From the NCBI GenBank assembly GCA_051530055.1, contig CM121341.1, positions 18,330,784 through 18,394,783 of the forward strand: a DNA stretch of 64,000 nucleotides, in the 5' to 3' direction. The DNA comes from Neoechinorhynchus agilis (taxonomy: Eukaryota > Animalia > Acanthocephala). The notes under the pieces were generated by a model. That model ran no database searches, was not told where the DNA came from, and was given only the letters and a program-made list of their open reading frames with translations. The position numbers and the translations under genes are program-made. Positions 21,224 to 33,144 of the stretch are shown here, piece by piece; within the stretch, counting starts at the first letter, position 1; every line of letters begins with the position of its first letter.

Positions 21224-23809
21224 TCACTGTTTTAGCGTACCGCCACGACTCCAGATTTTGAACGTGTATATTGAAAATCCGAAAAATGCGATAATCAACG
21301 ATGAGGCAAGGGTAAAAATAAAAAACGGGTTCTGTGTCAAACTTTGTAGAATAAAATCCGTCTCTTTATCAACTAATCTTCTTTGTAAACTTTTGAATCC
21401 CTCGGAAGCTTTACGGATAAATTCCGTCTTATTGGTGGAATTATCGCCTACTGCCAAAATCACTAATCCGGTGGTGTTTAAGGAAATCTGGCCATTAAAA
21501 TATGAAATATCCTTTGCCTTCAATATAACCGCATAAAATCCAGTCGGCGGTTTGCTTCCGGTAAAGTAAAGTTCGAATTTGTGGGAGTTATTCACTCGTT
21601 GAACGAACAATATACTCAATTGGTGTTTGTAGCTGGGTGAAATCAAAACTTCGACTCGATCGCCATCCATATCCTTGACAGTAAATTCGCAGGGCTGCCT
21701 TTGTTGAACATCACGATTTATGAAGTGAACGTTTTCCTTGAAGAAAAATCTCGGAGGATTGTCGTTAGTATTCTCAACAAAGAATCTCACCCGCGCTCTA
21801 TCAGTAAGCGGTTTCGGGTGGCCAAAATCATGGACGCAAACGTCAGTAGCATAGACGGGAATTTCTTCATAATCCACAAAATTCGATAGCTTTATAGTAC
21901 CGGTTTGATCGATGGAAAACGGCAAAACTCTTTGAATGTCTTTGCGTTTTCCAACAGGGGAGCAAAAACTGAAACTTAGTTTCGCGTTGTCGCCCGAATC
22001 AAGATCAATTGCGGATACGTGTCCAATCGTTGTTCCAGGTACCGCGTCCTCGTTGACTTTAAAGACATAGGATTTTTGATTAAACGAAGGACAATTATCG
22101 TTAACGTCGACGACACAAAGTCTCAAAGCTTCGATTGTTTTCCTTGGCGGTTGACCATTGTCGCTCAGTTTAACTTTTAATTCAAAACATGTGTCGTTAT
22201 TTTCCCGATCGAATTGACGGATTGTTTTTAGAAATCCATCTCGCGTCAGATTAAATTCAGTGGAATAATCTAAGAGAGCATAACTAATACTTGAGTTTTG
22301 GCCGTTGTCTAAATCCGTCGCATTAAGTTTAACCACAGTTGTACCCACAAATATATCTTCTCTAAAGTCGATCTGACTGGGAAAATCTCCAATGGGGGCA
22401 TTGTCATTGACATCCAGGACATTGACATCGAACTTAACGATCGTTTCGTAAAATGGATGCGAGATGTCAGTAGCAAGAACACTGCATTCGTAGTACGACC
22501 GATTTTCTCGATCAAGTCGATTTGCAACCAGTGAGTATTCACCGAGGTCGTCGTTGAAGGGCACGGCTCTGAGGGCGTCACAATCGAACTTTAAGGTCCA
22601 TCGAGAGTATTCAGAAGACTTATCAGGATCTCGTATCACCATTTCGCCTATTTGAGTGTGAAGCGGCACATCTTCGCTAATAGCAATCAATAGGCGTCCA
22701 TTTGGAAGCAATTCAGAATCAAAGAAACTTATGTCAATCAACGGAGGATTATCGTTTATGTCCATAATCTCAACTATGACGGTGCACAGAGCAGGCAGTG
22801 ATCCTCCGGATACTTCACGGACTCTCACTTCGATTTCATATCTTGATGAAGTCTCGTAATCCAACTTGCCGACCAGGTACAAGGAACCACTTTGATGATC
22901 AATGTCAAATAGTGGACCATCGTTGTGTGGCGAAATTGAAATAATTGAATAATGCAGTGTTCCGTATTTCGGCGAATCTTTATCCATTGCACTAACAACC
23001 GCGATGATTTTTGAGATTTCGACGTCTTCTCTAACCTGGATGACTTGCTTCGCTGGATCGCATTGTGGTTCATTGTCATTCACGTCGTCAATAATCACGA
23101 CGATATCGACTTCTGAACGCAGATTTGACCTGCCGTTATCCACAGCCACCAGTCGAAATTCGTACTTTGCCACGTTTTCATAATCCAAGACGCCAAGGAC
23201 TTCGAGACTTGGAGTGTTCTCTACTAATCGAAATATATTTGAAAATGAAAATGTATGACTGATTGCTTCTGGATCGCTTTGCTTGTCGAACAGATAATAA
23301 GTGATTAGTGAATTATTACCTTGATCCTTGTCCCTTGCTGTAGGCAGTCGTTCTTGGTATCCGATTGGTGCATTTTCCAAAATATGGATTGTGTACGATT
23401 TTTGATCGAATTGAGGTGCATTATCGTTTGCATCTAATATTCGCATTTGCACCGTTTGTTTTTCGTTGTTTAATCTGTCGATTATGTTAAACTTTAAAAT
23501 GCAGTCGTCTTGGTTGCTACACAAATTTACCCGGACGAACGATTCCCGGTCCATCGTTTGCTTCACTTTTACAGCTCCGGTCGATCGATTAAGACTGAGC
23601 ATTCGTTTCAAATGGGATCCGTAAAGTTCGCTGATGTGAAAGTCACATTTTTTATGGTGGCAGGCATTGCCGTGCCGAATTTCTGATCCGATCGGCACGT
23701 CTTCGGGTACATCGGGCAGTGTTACTTTTTTTGTTCCAAGATACAAGCAACCTCTGTACTGAATTAACACTAGTTGAAAAAATAATAATACAACGTTCAA
23801 GTTGAACAT
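21224..23809 (-). CDS. PCDH: Protocadherin (delta-like; 6 clear + 1 degenerate EC repeats, TM)
   Basis: 861-aa uninterrupted ORF with signal peptide, repeated PE/xED, LDRE/LDYE and DxNDNxPxF motifs, and TM FFIFTLASSLIIAFFGFSIYTF. The cytoplasmic tail may continue by splicing. Confidence 0.93.
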   Translation of the reverse strand: MFNLNVVLLFFQLVLIQYRGCLYLGTKKVTLPDVPEDVPIGSEIRHGNACHHKKCDFHISELYGSHLKRMLSLNRSTGAVKVKQTMDRESFVRVNLCSNQDDCILKFNIIDRLNNEKQTVQMRILDANDNAPQFDQKSYTIHILENAPIGYQERLPTARDKDQGNNSLITYYLFDKQSDPEAISHTFSFSNIFRLVENTPSLEVLGVLDYENVAKYEFRLVAVDNGRSNLRSEVDIVVIIDDVNDNEPQCDPAKQVIQVREDVEISKIIAVVSAMDKDSPKYGTLHYSIISISPHNDGPLFDIDHQSGSLYLVGKLDYETSSRYEIEVRVREVSGGSLPALCTVIVEIMDINDNPPLIDISFFDSELLPNGRLLIAISEDVPLHTQIGEMVIRDPDKSSEYSRWTLKFDCDALRAVPFNDDLGEYSLVANRLDRENRSYYECSVLATDISHPFYETIVKFDVNVLDVNDNAPIGDFPSQIDFREDIFVGTTVVKLNATDLDNGQNSSISYALLDYSTEFNLTRDGFLKTIRQFDRENNDTCFELKVKLSDNGQPPRKTIEALRLCVVDVNDNCPSFNQKSYVFKVNEDAVPGTTIGHVSAIDLDSGDNAKLSFSFCSPVGKRKDIQRVLPFSIDQTGTIKLSNFVDYEEIPVYATDVCVHDFGHPKPLTDRARVRFFVENTNDNPPRFFFKENVHFINRDVQQRQPCEFTVKDMDGDRVEVLISPSYKHQLSILFVQRVNNSHKFELYFTGSKPPTGFYAVILKAKDISYFNGQISLNTTGLVILAVGDNSTNKTEFIRKASEGFKSLQRRLVDKETDFILQSLTQNPFFIFTLASSLIIAFFGFSIYTFKIWSRGGTLKQ

Positions 23810-25199
23810 TTTGCTCCTCTAAAACATAATGAAAGAGTCTGTAAAAAGATGAAAGTGGGGATTCGGTATGATGGGTAGCGGTGGGCGTTTCCCGTGTATA
23901 TATATCTCGAATCTTAGCGTTCGGAATGACAGGTTGGCACATTGATATTGCCCTATTTCTAGACAAAAATTGGCTTATGTCCGGACGAATAGATGGAGAA
24001 TTTTTGTTGTTACGAGAAGCAACGGTCGCTTTGCTGCCAATTTTATCCTTTTAAGACATTGATGCAACGCGATAAATTTTTTTTATTGCTGATGTGTTGT
24101 TCAATAGATTAAATTCTATTCACTGGTTTTAATCGCCTCTCAAACAAAAATTCAATGTACAACGAGTAGGTATCAAAGATATTTGATTACCAACTCTCGA
24201 CCTCTGAGAACCAGCACGAGATTCGGTAAGCGCACTTTTAATTAATGGGTTAATCATTTGAAGGCGGCACTTGAGCGAGTGGGCGTAAAGATCAAAGATT
24301 ATTGTATGGCTGATATAGTTTTTAAGTTTCTAAAGAACCTGAGCAATCAGATTTACTGGAATGAGCAAATGGTTGGATGCTGGTCTAGACACCTGCCAGG
24401 TGAGACAATCCCCAACGTCGTTAATGTATTGTCCCTTATTTATGAAGAATCTTATCCTGAAAATTTTGCCTGTTTCAAATTGAATAGGACAAAGATTTTT
24501 GGGACTTAAAATATTGCGGTACTAGTAGTAGGGCGGTGCTTTAAAAAAGCCGAGACATATTCTTCACCGGGAAATGTACTCGAGTGTATTTTCGACTCAG
24601 GTTGATACAAGAGTCTTAAAATATTTCCTATGGCATATTCCTTTTTTCATTCGGGAAGATGGAGTTGGATACGTAGTGATCTCGCCTCGTAGAAAAATTA
24701 AAAATAACGATTGATGAGCCTTCCTCGCGAAATATTTTAATTCAAGAAAATATATTCTATCCGAGATTATGATAACCACAGCTCCAAGTTTAGAAATGTA
24801 TGGTACTTTTTAGTCATGCATAGTGAGTAACGTATCTAACTAAACAGGAGTCTTTCTAAATTAACAACGATGTTGGAAATATTGATTTAATATTCATAAT
24901 GCTCATTTAGGACACAAGAAACCTCATAATTACCTTCAACGATTCAGGTAGTCAAAATTACGAACAAGTTTGCTGATTGGTCAGAGCAGTAGGAGTTAAT
25001 AACATCCATTGAGTAATTATTAGTTATCGTAGCGATCACATGATTATCGTCTATGAAAAAGGTGAACTCTGATTGGTTTAAATATTATGTAATTTTTTCT
25101 CGGGGGGGAATTGGGTGATAAATTATGATAGATTGCATCAATGCGTTCACTTAATCTCACTTAAGGTTTAAATAATCATGATCAAGGCGCATTGTTGGA

Positions 25200-25400
25200 T
25201 TAAAAGAACCGATTGTCTCTTGTAATAAAGTTTAGTACAATCAAGAAGTAGCAACATTGATTGTTGCAACCATCGCAGTTGTCCAAGTGAAGAAGCTGGC
25301 GCGCATTAGCGGCGTTATTAGAGAGTGATGTGACTAAATTATGGGTTTCTCTCAATCCATTAAAAATGATTGATTTTAGGACCATTTAATGATGCAATCT
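25200..25400 (-). mobile_element. Possible Sola-like DNA transposase remnant
   Basis: LLHLDNCDGCNNQCCYFLIVL resembles the L-x-x-DNC-x-GQNKN motif of Sola-type transposases. Single motif only. Confidence 0.3.
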
Positions 25401-26322
25401 CAATTAATAAGACCTTGTTGGAACGTCATATGCAATTGCGGAATGTCACTTTCGTCTTGGTATTTAGGTAATCAGTAGCGAAGTCCTGATAGCATAGCGG
25501 TAGAATTTTTGTGTAAGCAAATTATTCGTTCTCGCATTTTAAAATAACATTTTGACGTATGCCAAGCAGAAAAACCCATATAGTAAAAGATGGTATCTTT
25601 ATTGATCGTTTTCACCAAGTGATATGAAGTCCAAGTCACAATTTTCATCACATTTCGCTCTTGTTTCCTATTTTTAGCCTTTTGAATTGCGAAATATCCG
25701 GCTAGATTTCTTTTATTTTCAATAGTAGAAGTAAAACGATTGCCTACGCAAAACTTAAATACAATAATTGAAAATCCACATTTGGAAATTAAACAACTTA
25801 TGTTCCCGATTGAACATGCTAGAGATATTTGAAGTAATTTATATCAAACATTCTTTGAGTAGAATTTCGTTAAATCTAAACATGGGTTTGGGCCCTAGCC
25901 CGGCTGTTTTTTAAAATCAGCACTATAAAACAAGCAACGAAAGCACCCGCTAATCAAAGCAAGATAAATTCACTCTATGATGAAGTAGAATCTCATATTT
26001 TTATTGACAGACGAATAATTTAAACCGCGAAATCAAGCAGAAATAGCATTTATAGAAAACCGACTTTAAACACATGCCATTGCATTTGAAATCTAAGACT
26101 AAATACTGCTTGAACATTTTTTGAAGAAGACAATATTTCGGAAAAACTCAATGTTAAACTAGCCGGTATTTTCGACCGGCGGTAGCATGCAACAAGTCGA
26201 CATGTTCGAAAGTTGGAAATTGAATGCGCGTCCGTAAAATATATTGATACATGCTCAATGGCTTTGAGGCGAACGAGAAAAGCGTTCACTGACAAAAATC
26301 ACGAATTCAAATTTCGGACATT

Positions 26323-28206
26323 GTGCGAGTTCTGCATAGGAACGTTCTGAAGAAAATCCCAAGGGGCGCACGATATCAGGCCGCAAAGAGATTCTTCACC
26401 TGTCCACTGACAGACTGCATCGAGACTAACTCAGAGTTGCCGTGGATGCGTCTCTTTGCGTTCCCTAGACTATTGTTTTCCGCGGTGATGTTTCTGAAGG
26501 ATCTCTGACCACAAAATTAAAAGAGCGAATAAGTTCTTTTGACGGAAATTTTATTCAATGCCTTTCGACAGCAGGCGAGCTACGTAAGGAGTGTGTCCAG
26601 GGGCTTGATCATCGCCGAAACTCAAATCAGTCGCTTGTTGGACGCGTTTCTTCGAAGCTCGCAGACAAAGATGTCAGAGGAGCAGTTCGTCTTTTATCAT
26701 CAAAGGGCAATCTCGCCAAAGATAACGAAGAAACTTTATGAATTCGTCGTTCCAAACATCCCAGTGACGAAGGTCGACAGTATTTCGTGAGATTCTCCTC
26801 CTGCGATACGATTAGTTATGTTTTATCGTCGAAATCAGAATTGAAGATGACAATCTCAACATTTGCTAACGGATCAGCCCACGGGCCTGACAGGCTCCGG
26901 CAACAACACCTAAAGTATATGACTTCTTTTTCAGTAGGTGACGCCGCTCAGTCCTTGAAGATGCATTGGCACGCTTATTTTACCAATTTGCAGGGAGAGG
27001 TGATTTCGAAAGCAATTGAGCTATCTTTCGACGCATCTTTGTGTGTCCTCGTAAAAAAGGAAGGTGTGATTCGTCCCATTGCAATTGGAACAACTCTGCG
27101 CCGCATAACAGCAAAAATTTTAAATAAAAGGATCGCGGAAGAAGTAGGGATGCTACTTCACCCTACTCAGTAAGGTTGCTGTACACCTTGTGGCGCGGAG
27201 GTGATCGTTCATTCACCCCGCACGTCCACCGCCGGAAACTCGGAGCCGTATTTGACCATGAAATGTGATCTCAAAAATGCATTCAACACAGTTCACCGAG
27301 CAGATTTCCTCGAAGTAGTTAGAGATCACACACCAGAAGCGCCGATATTTCTCTGCCAGCTTATTTGGGATCGTATGAAGCAAGCCGCAAAATGAAGATT
27401 TCGTGGAGGCGCTTAATATTTGGTGTGGAGATTCAAGCAGCGAGCAGGTACCCGCCAATGGTTGCAAACAATCAGTTTGGGAATCACCCCTTGTAGCGAG
27501 AATTCACAACTCTTTAATTATAGATTATCGTGACTTGGTGAATCGAACTCGATTGGCGGCAGTCTCTACAAGAGAATCATGTGCTTGGCTCAACGCTATC
27601 TCAATCGCTTCTGTGGGTACCCTTCTCTCCGACGAGACCGTAAGGATTGCGATGTCCCTGAGACTTGGAGCACCGCTGTGCACTTTCTATCGCTGCCGTT
27701 GTGGAGCGACCGTAAAACCACCGCGGCGTCATGTTCTCGTATGTCGGCAATCGGGCAGAAGATATTCACGACAAGCCGAAGTGAATGCAATTCTTAGTCG
27801 TGCCCTGAATACCGTGAGTATGCCCAATATCCTAGAGCCGAGCAATCTTTGTCGACTCGATGGCTGCAGGAAAGTGCCTTCTCGCCGCGTAGACACGCTC
27901 GCAGCCAGCAACATAAAATCCGCCGCTGTAAAACCGGGAGGAGCAGCAACCGCCGCTGATGATCGTTAAAAGAACAAATACAGCGACTTGTGTATTCCCT
28001 CTGGCGTCGCGACACTCGGGTCGATTTGTACCGCGGCGCAGGACCTGGTCAAGCAATTGTCCGAGAGACTAAAACGAATCACTGACGATCCGAGGGCAGG
28101 AACACTCCTACTGCAAAACATAAGTCTGGCTGTGCAACAGGGGAACACTGCATCCGTACTTTCGACCGTTACATCAGGGCGGCAGCTGAGTGATCCCGAG
28201 CGGTGA
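26323..28206 (+). mobile_element. Degenerate, internally deleted CRE-like non-LTR retrotransposon (RT + REL endonuclease)
   Basis: KKIPRGAR, SAHGPDRLRQQHLK, IRPIAIGTTLRR, KCDLKNAFNTVHR, then CRCG...RHVLVC...SRQAEVN and NISLAVQQGN. Many stops and frameshifts. Confidence 0.88.
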
Positions 28207-28557
28207 TATGAATGATTTTTTCTCCGAGATTAAGTGAACCTTTATAAGAAATTTCAATTATGCACCTTGTATTATTGAACGAAGTAAACTTATTGTCTTA
28301 TGATTATTAAAAGCGATTACTTATAAAAGATGACCACTTCCAAAGTTCCCGTCATTCATGCTCATAAACACAGTTCCGTTTCTCATTGTCCGGCTCGTGA
28401 ATCCAAGAATGGCGGGCAGGGCTGAATATATGATCTGGATGCTCATGAAAATATGGTACAGACATCCGGTTAGTAATTTCAACAACCGGAGTGGTAAAGA
28501 AAGTTCTGGTTGCGAATGGGATCAAAGTTGAGACTGATAAGAAATCGCGCTTATTGA

Positions 28558-29004
28558 TTGGGCCTAAACACGGGTGCTGGATCGGTCTCAGTTTTTATTT
28601 GGCCATTTTTTCCCGATCTGCCAGTTGAAGGCGAAGGTAGGCGTGCGATTTGTGGATACGTTTCATCGATTCGTCAAACCAAAGATAATCCTACGTCACT
28701 TATAATTGATGATGGTACTGACCGGATGTCTGTATCATATTTTCACGAACGTCCAGATCATCAGATTCTTTTGTTGGGTCAATTTATCATGGTCGAAGAA
28801 CCGAGACCTCGCATATATCGATCTCTCCTCGAAATACGAACAAGACGAGTTAAGATAATTTCAGAATTTCAAGAACAATTAAAATTTCTTGAGCGTATCG
28901 TTGAACGAGCTCAAATAAGGAAAAAATGTTCAGAAGTTATTGAACTGAACGAAATGACTACGGTGTCAAGGGAGGGGTTGCTCTCCAATGAACTTGGTCA
29001 CTGA
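28558..29004 (+). CDS. OB-fold protein, STN1/RPA2-like (exon; gene probably extends both ways)
   Basis: ICGYVSSIRQ...LIIDDGTD...LGQFIMVE...PRIYRSLLEIRTRRVKII matches the DD-x-T OB-fold pattern of STN1/RPA32. Confidence 0.55.
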   Translation: MGLNTGAGSVSVFIWPFFPDLPVEGEGRRAICGYVSSIRQTKDNPTSLIIDDGTDRMSVSYFHERPDHQILLLGQFIMVEEPRPRIYRSLLEIRTRRVKIISEFQEQLKFLERIVERAQIRKKCSEVIELNEMTTVSREGLLSNELGH

Positions 29005-29391
29005 TTCTTGAGGCGCTCGAAGGCCGGTGATGAAAATCCAAATCATTTGATGAAATTTGGCGCTATCAATTCTGCCAACATTAGCACTGAGGACATCTTT
29101 AATGCAACTTTAAGTTCCATTGATGCTCCTTGGCGAGGTGAATGTACTGGCGATTCTTGACCGGCTGGTTCACGATGGCTTGGTCGGTCATAAGTGTGGC
29201 TCCATTCCTTTTTACACCTATGCCAGAAATGCCTGACAATGAAATCGCAACCACGTTTGTTTATAAACTCAGAAAAAAGTAATTTTTCATAATTTTGCGT
29301 GGTTTATTACGCGATAAAACCGAGAGACTTTTGAAACGTTTTTTTTTGAAAGAACGGTTTATTAAAGAAACAAACTGACGATCTGATAAGA

Positions 29392-29448
29392 TCACCACCG
29401 TCCGCAAAATCGGAGCTTCTCTCCTTCCTCGGCTGTCCCTATCACGCT
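29392..29448 (-). mobile_element. 57-bp 3'-end fragment of the CRE-like family at 33145-34625
   Basis: TCACCACCGTCCGC.AAAT.GGAGCTTCTCTCCTTCCTCGGCTGTC.CTATCA.GCTA is nearly identical to 33145-33201. Confidence 0.8.
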
Positions 29449-29464
29449 ACCATACAAATTGTTA

Positions 29465-29690
29465 AAATATAATTATGGTGAAAATTCTCCCGGTAATAGC
29501 ATATTTGATTTATTGGAGATATTTCGCGTTGTAACCTCGCCTCACCTGTCATTGTTAAAGTGTTTTATCCGCACATTTAATTGCAGAAAAAACACTTTGA
29601 CAATGACTGATGAGGCGCGGTTACCTCGCAAAATATCTCCAATAAATCAAATGTGCTATTACCGGGCGTGTTTTCATCATTATTATATTT
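29465..29690. repeat. Fold-back double-hammerhead element (both cores mutated)
   Basis: About 100-bp inverted arms. Plus arm CTGATGA-G-GCGCGGTTACCTCGC-AAAATATC; minus arm CAGGTGA-G-GCGAGGTTACAACGC-GAAATATC. Confidence 0.75.
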
Positions 29691-30430
29691 GACTAACTCG
29701 AAGAATTTTCTATCGATGAAATTGTTAAAGGTTAGACGATTATTCGGACACGGCCAAAATAAACGCTGTTGTCTTTTTGGCGAAAATGACGAAAAAAGCA
29801 CATTTATTATATCAGATAAGTCCGAAGAGATTGTCTGTATCCCTAATATACTAAAGCTCCAGTTGAACGGTAAAACAACTTTGTTTATCGGAAAGCTTGG
29901 CTATCGATTCAGTTATCGACTGCAAATAGTCACATCGGAGCTTTTGAGATAATAACTGCGATCGACATTTTAGATTTGGTTGCCTCTTGATTTTGAAACA
30001 CATTTCCATTACCTCCACCAAGAAATGTTTTCTCAAATTCGGCCGAATCTTTCGTTCCAGGTCTTAGTTGTATTTGAGGCCCTGTTCTGGTGCCTTCAAT
30101 AAAATGCATTTGAAATTTGGCACAGTTTTCTATCCGATCATCTTCTGCCCTAATATTGTCAGAAACCTTTAAGATTTGGCGTCTTCTCCGAAAGTGGATT
30201 TGCTGGGTATGGCTAGCAATTATTTGCGGATTCTGAGCTATCTTTGGGTGTCTTTGTGCCTTGGAATTCTCGAGATCGTTTCTTATTTGGACCGTCTTCA
30301 ATTATATCTCCTTTACTCGTTTGGTGGAACACAGATCGGGATCCTAAAGATGGCAATACCCTGTAATTCGATTGTGCTTTATCGTAAATTCTACTTTGTA
30401 AAGCTCAACTGTCCCATGGTCTTTCATGAG

Positions 30431-32181
30431 AGCAAAAACATGTACAAATGGGATTTTATAACGCTTACAATCATTATTAAAAAAGGGGGATCTTTCCCCA
30501 GCCTCGCCTCTTAAGAAAATGCAACTTTGTTTTGTATTTGTGAGACTGAGTCAGGAATTTCGATTTTTTACCGTCTAACTTAACAATGCGAAAAGTATGA
30601 ACGTCAGCGCGATGCTCACTTGTAGCTGATGCAAATGGGGGCATACAAGTTTCCAATGTCACAATTAATTGCAGTACTTTGTGTTCAGAGAGTTGTTTTG
30701 AACTCTGCTCTAGGATCTACATTTCTCAAAGTCGCAGCAATTGCGAGAAGGATTAGGTGGTTGGGTGTGATGGCATGCCCTTCTGTGGGAATCATGAAGA
30801 CGATTCTGGCTGGCGCATTCTGCTTTTTTGGGAGAGAAAGGCAGCCAGAGTTGCGGATAGATTTTGGCGTCTGGTTTATCAAACGAGTATGGTAAGTTTT
30901 GAAAGATTTGGAAACATCAATAAGAGAATCGATGGAATCGTTTTTATGGCGTATCTTTATAACAAAGATCTGGAATTAACCACACATCTTAACACCCTCA
31001 CAAGGAGTGGTATTTGAGGAAGAGTAATTCTGCAGCGATGGCAATACCCTGTAATTCGATTGTGCTTTATCGTAAATTCTACTTTGTAAAGCTCAACTGT
31101 CCCATGGTCTTTCATGAGCTTCAGATCGCTTTCGCGCTTTATCCTATCTACTAATCGAATTAAGCGATGATGTGTGATCTTTGATTGTTTTGACAGCCTA
31201 TTCATTTTTCACTACATTTTTTGGGCGCTGGTGGTTTGACTTATGCTGAAATGCTACTTGACCTCGATGTGTCTTCTTTTTCCTTTCTTAGGTCAGGCTG
31301 TCCAGTATGATGATCGGTGAGCGTTGTGTATCCCTCAGGAGGCGACAATTCTGCTATATCCACAAATCCGGGGACAAAGATTCTCTTATATCCATGGACC
31401 GCACAGTACGCTTCGAGTTTTTAGTTCAGCGGTATCTTTGGTACTATTGAGAGAAATTTTGCTTATATTCTTAGTCGGCAGTTCTGCCAATACCTTTGTC
31501 TTTTGCCTGGGTTGATGCCCTTAGCGCCAAATCTTTATTCCATTCTTTGTCGAAATGCAAAAAAGTCGTATTTTCATCGACAAAATTTGCCCTCTCAACG
31601 CTGCTATTAGAGGCTTTTCTTGTTTTATCAGCATGCATTTGTAGTTTTAAGCTTGGCGATTCAAATAATACGGGTCAATCCTCTTGAATGACACTGCCTT
31701 CTTTGTCGTCACGCGTTGAAGTTAGCCAATGATTGCTTTTGACATTGCTTACTTCTTTAATCATTCTGCCACTATCAGGTATTGGCTCTACTCGCGAATC
31801 TGAAGATTCTTGCAAGATCAGTAAATACTTTAGAACTGTTCGAATGGTTTTATCTAATGCGTTAATAATTGCTCTCCCACTTAGTTTGTTCAGAGACTTT
31901 TCCAATACTTCATCGGTCTGCGTTTCTTTAAAACTCTCGGATTTCGGTAGTGATAAATACTTTTTTAGGGTATCTCTTGCGATTTCATTGTGACTAATGA
32001 CGCTTTCTGATTGGTTTTCTTCAAGATCATGTCTTACTTCGGCTTTCGTTGCACTTTTACACATAATGTCGCTTTGATTCTTCGTAAGGTATTTATTCTG
32101 CGGTTCGAGCGTTTTGAATGATAAACTATATTTAAAATTAAGTTTCAATTAGCGATGTTTGATTCAGAAATAGATTTATCT
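30431..32181. repeat. 1751-bp duplicated segment, copy 1 (decayed unknown gene on minus strand plus PLE terminus)
   Basis: Near-identical to 50704-52454 (scattered substitutions, two compensating 2-bp indels). Confidence 0.95.
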
Positions 32182-33085
32182 TGAAAATTTTCGGCCTTTT
32201 CGTTGGCCTGCTTTAGTAAATCTACAATTTAAAAGAAGCATGTTCAAATAGTTTATCTGGTGGGACTAGCAGGCTGAGTTTGCAGTCAGCTTTGTTGCCA
32301 ACAAAAGTACCTGTTTGGTGGATCATGATGGCTTCCATAGTCACTCTGTCGCGTCGTACGTCACTCATCGCAAGAACCTCGACGCCATCAAAATTGATTT
32401 CATGCCCGTTACCATTGATGTGAGACACTATCACCGACTGCAATTCGAACGTGGGATCTTATAGACACATCCAGCAGGAACATCCTCATTCTTCGGTTGG
32501 AGTATTCTTTGGAGAGTCCTGCCCTTCCTACCATACGTAGTGAACATTTTGCCACTATCGATTCGTTTGATCAGGGTTTCTATTTTTGCATTCCAACTAT
32601 CACTGATGAATGGTGTCTCGATAAATTGCTTTTTTCCCCTGATTGACTGTTCTCACCAGAGCATCATATCGAGCCCAGTTTATATTTGACCAGTACATCA
32701 TCCGAATAATATCGAAATGCTCTGATGAACATCGATTTGACTCTTGCCAATTTGTATATGATCGGTTGAGCAGAGATCCACGGGACCACCATATGTGGAA
32801 CACCTTGCTTCCCATAAACCGACGTCATGAAACCATTGCCCGGAATGCGCGTTACTCGTACTTCCAAAAAAGGTAAATTATTATTTTCCTCCTCTTCCAT
32901 TGTCCATTTTATATTTTGGTGGCAGCTATTCAGTTCTTTGTCAAGTTGTATCGCTGAACTCCTATTGGGATGTAGGATAATGAATGTATCATCCACATAC
33001 CTTAGCCAGAGATTCAAGAAGGCCAACGAAAAGGCCGAAAATTTTCAAAATAAATCTATTTTTCTGAATCAAGCATCAAATTTAG
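32141..33085 (-). mobile_element. Internally deleted Penelope-like element with inverted terminal pLTR segments
   Basis: WLRYVDD, NLPFLEV, VPWISAQP and a GIY-YIG C-terminal remnant. The terminus GGCCAACGAAAAGGCCGAAAATTTTCAA.ATAAATCTATTT.CTGAATCAA is present in inverted orientation at 32146-32206 and ~33021-33075. Confidence 0.88.
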
Positions 33086-33144
33086 TTCAATATCGCTTAA
33101 TTTGGCCATGTCTGTTTTAGTTTTAATTTTTTTAGAAAGGAAGG

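Noticed and set aside
24711-24745. Hammerhead at TTGATGAGCCTTCCTCGCGAAATATTT
   Set aside because: C3 is mutated and half of stem II is deleted. Counted only as a dead remnant of the 29465/55393 subfamily.
30629-31017. Plus-strand ORFs (also 50902-51290) and many other short ORF-track entries overlapping TEs and repeats
   Set aside because: These are antisense or shadow frames of elements already explained, with no independent motifs.
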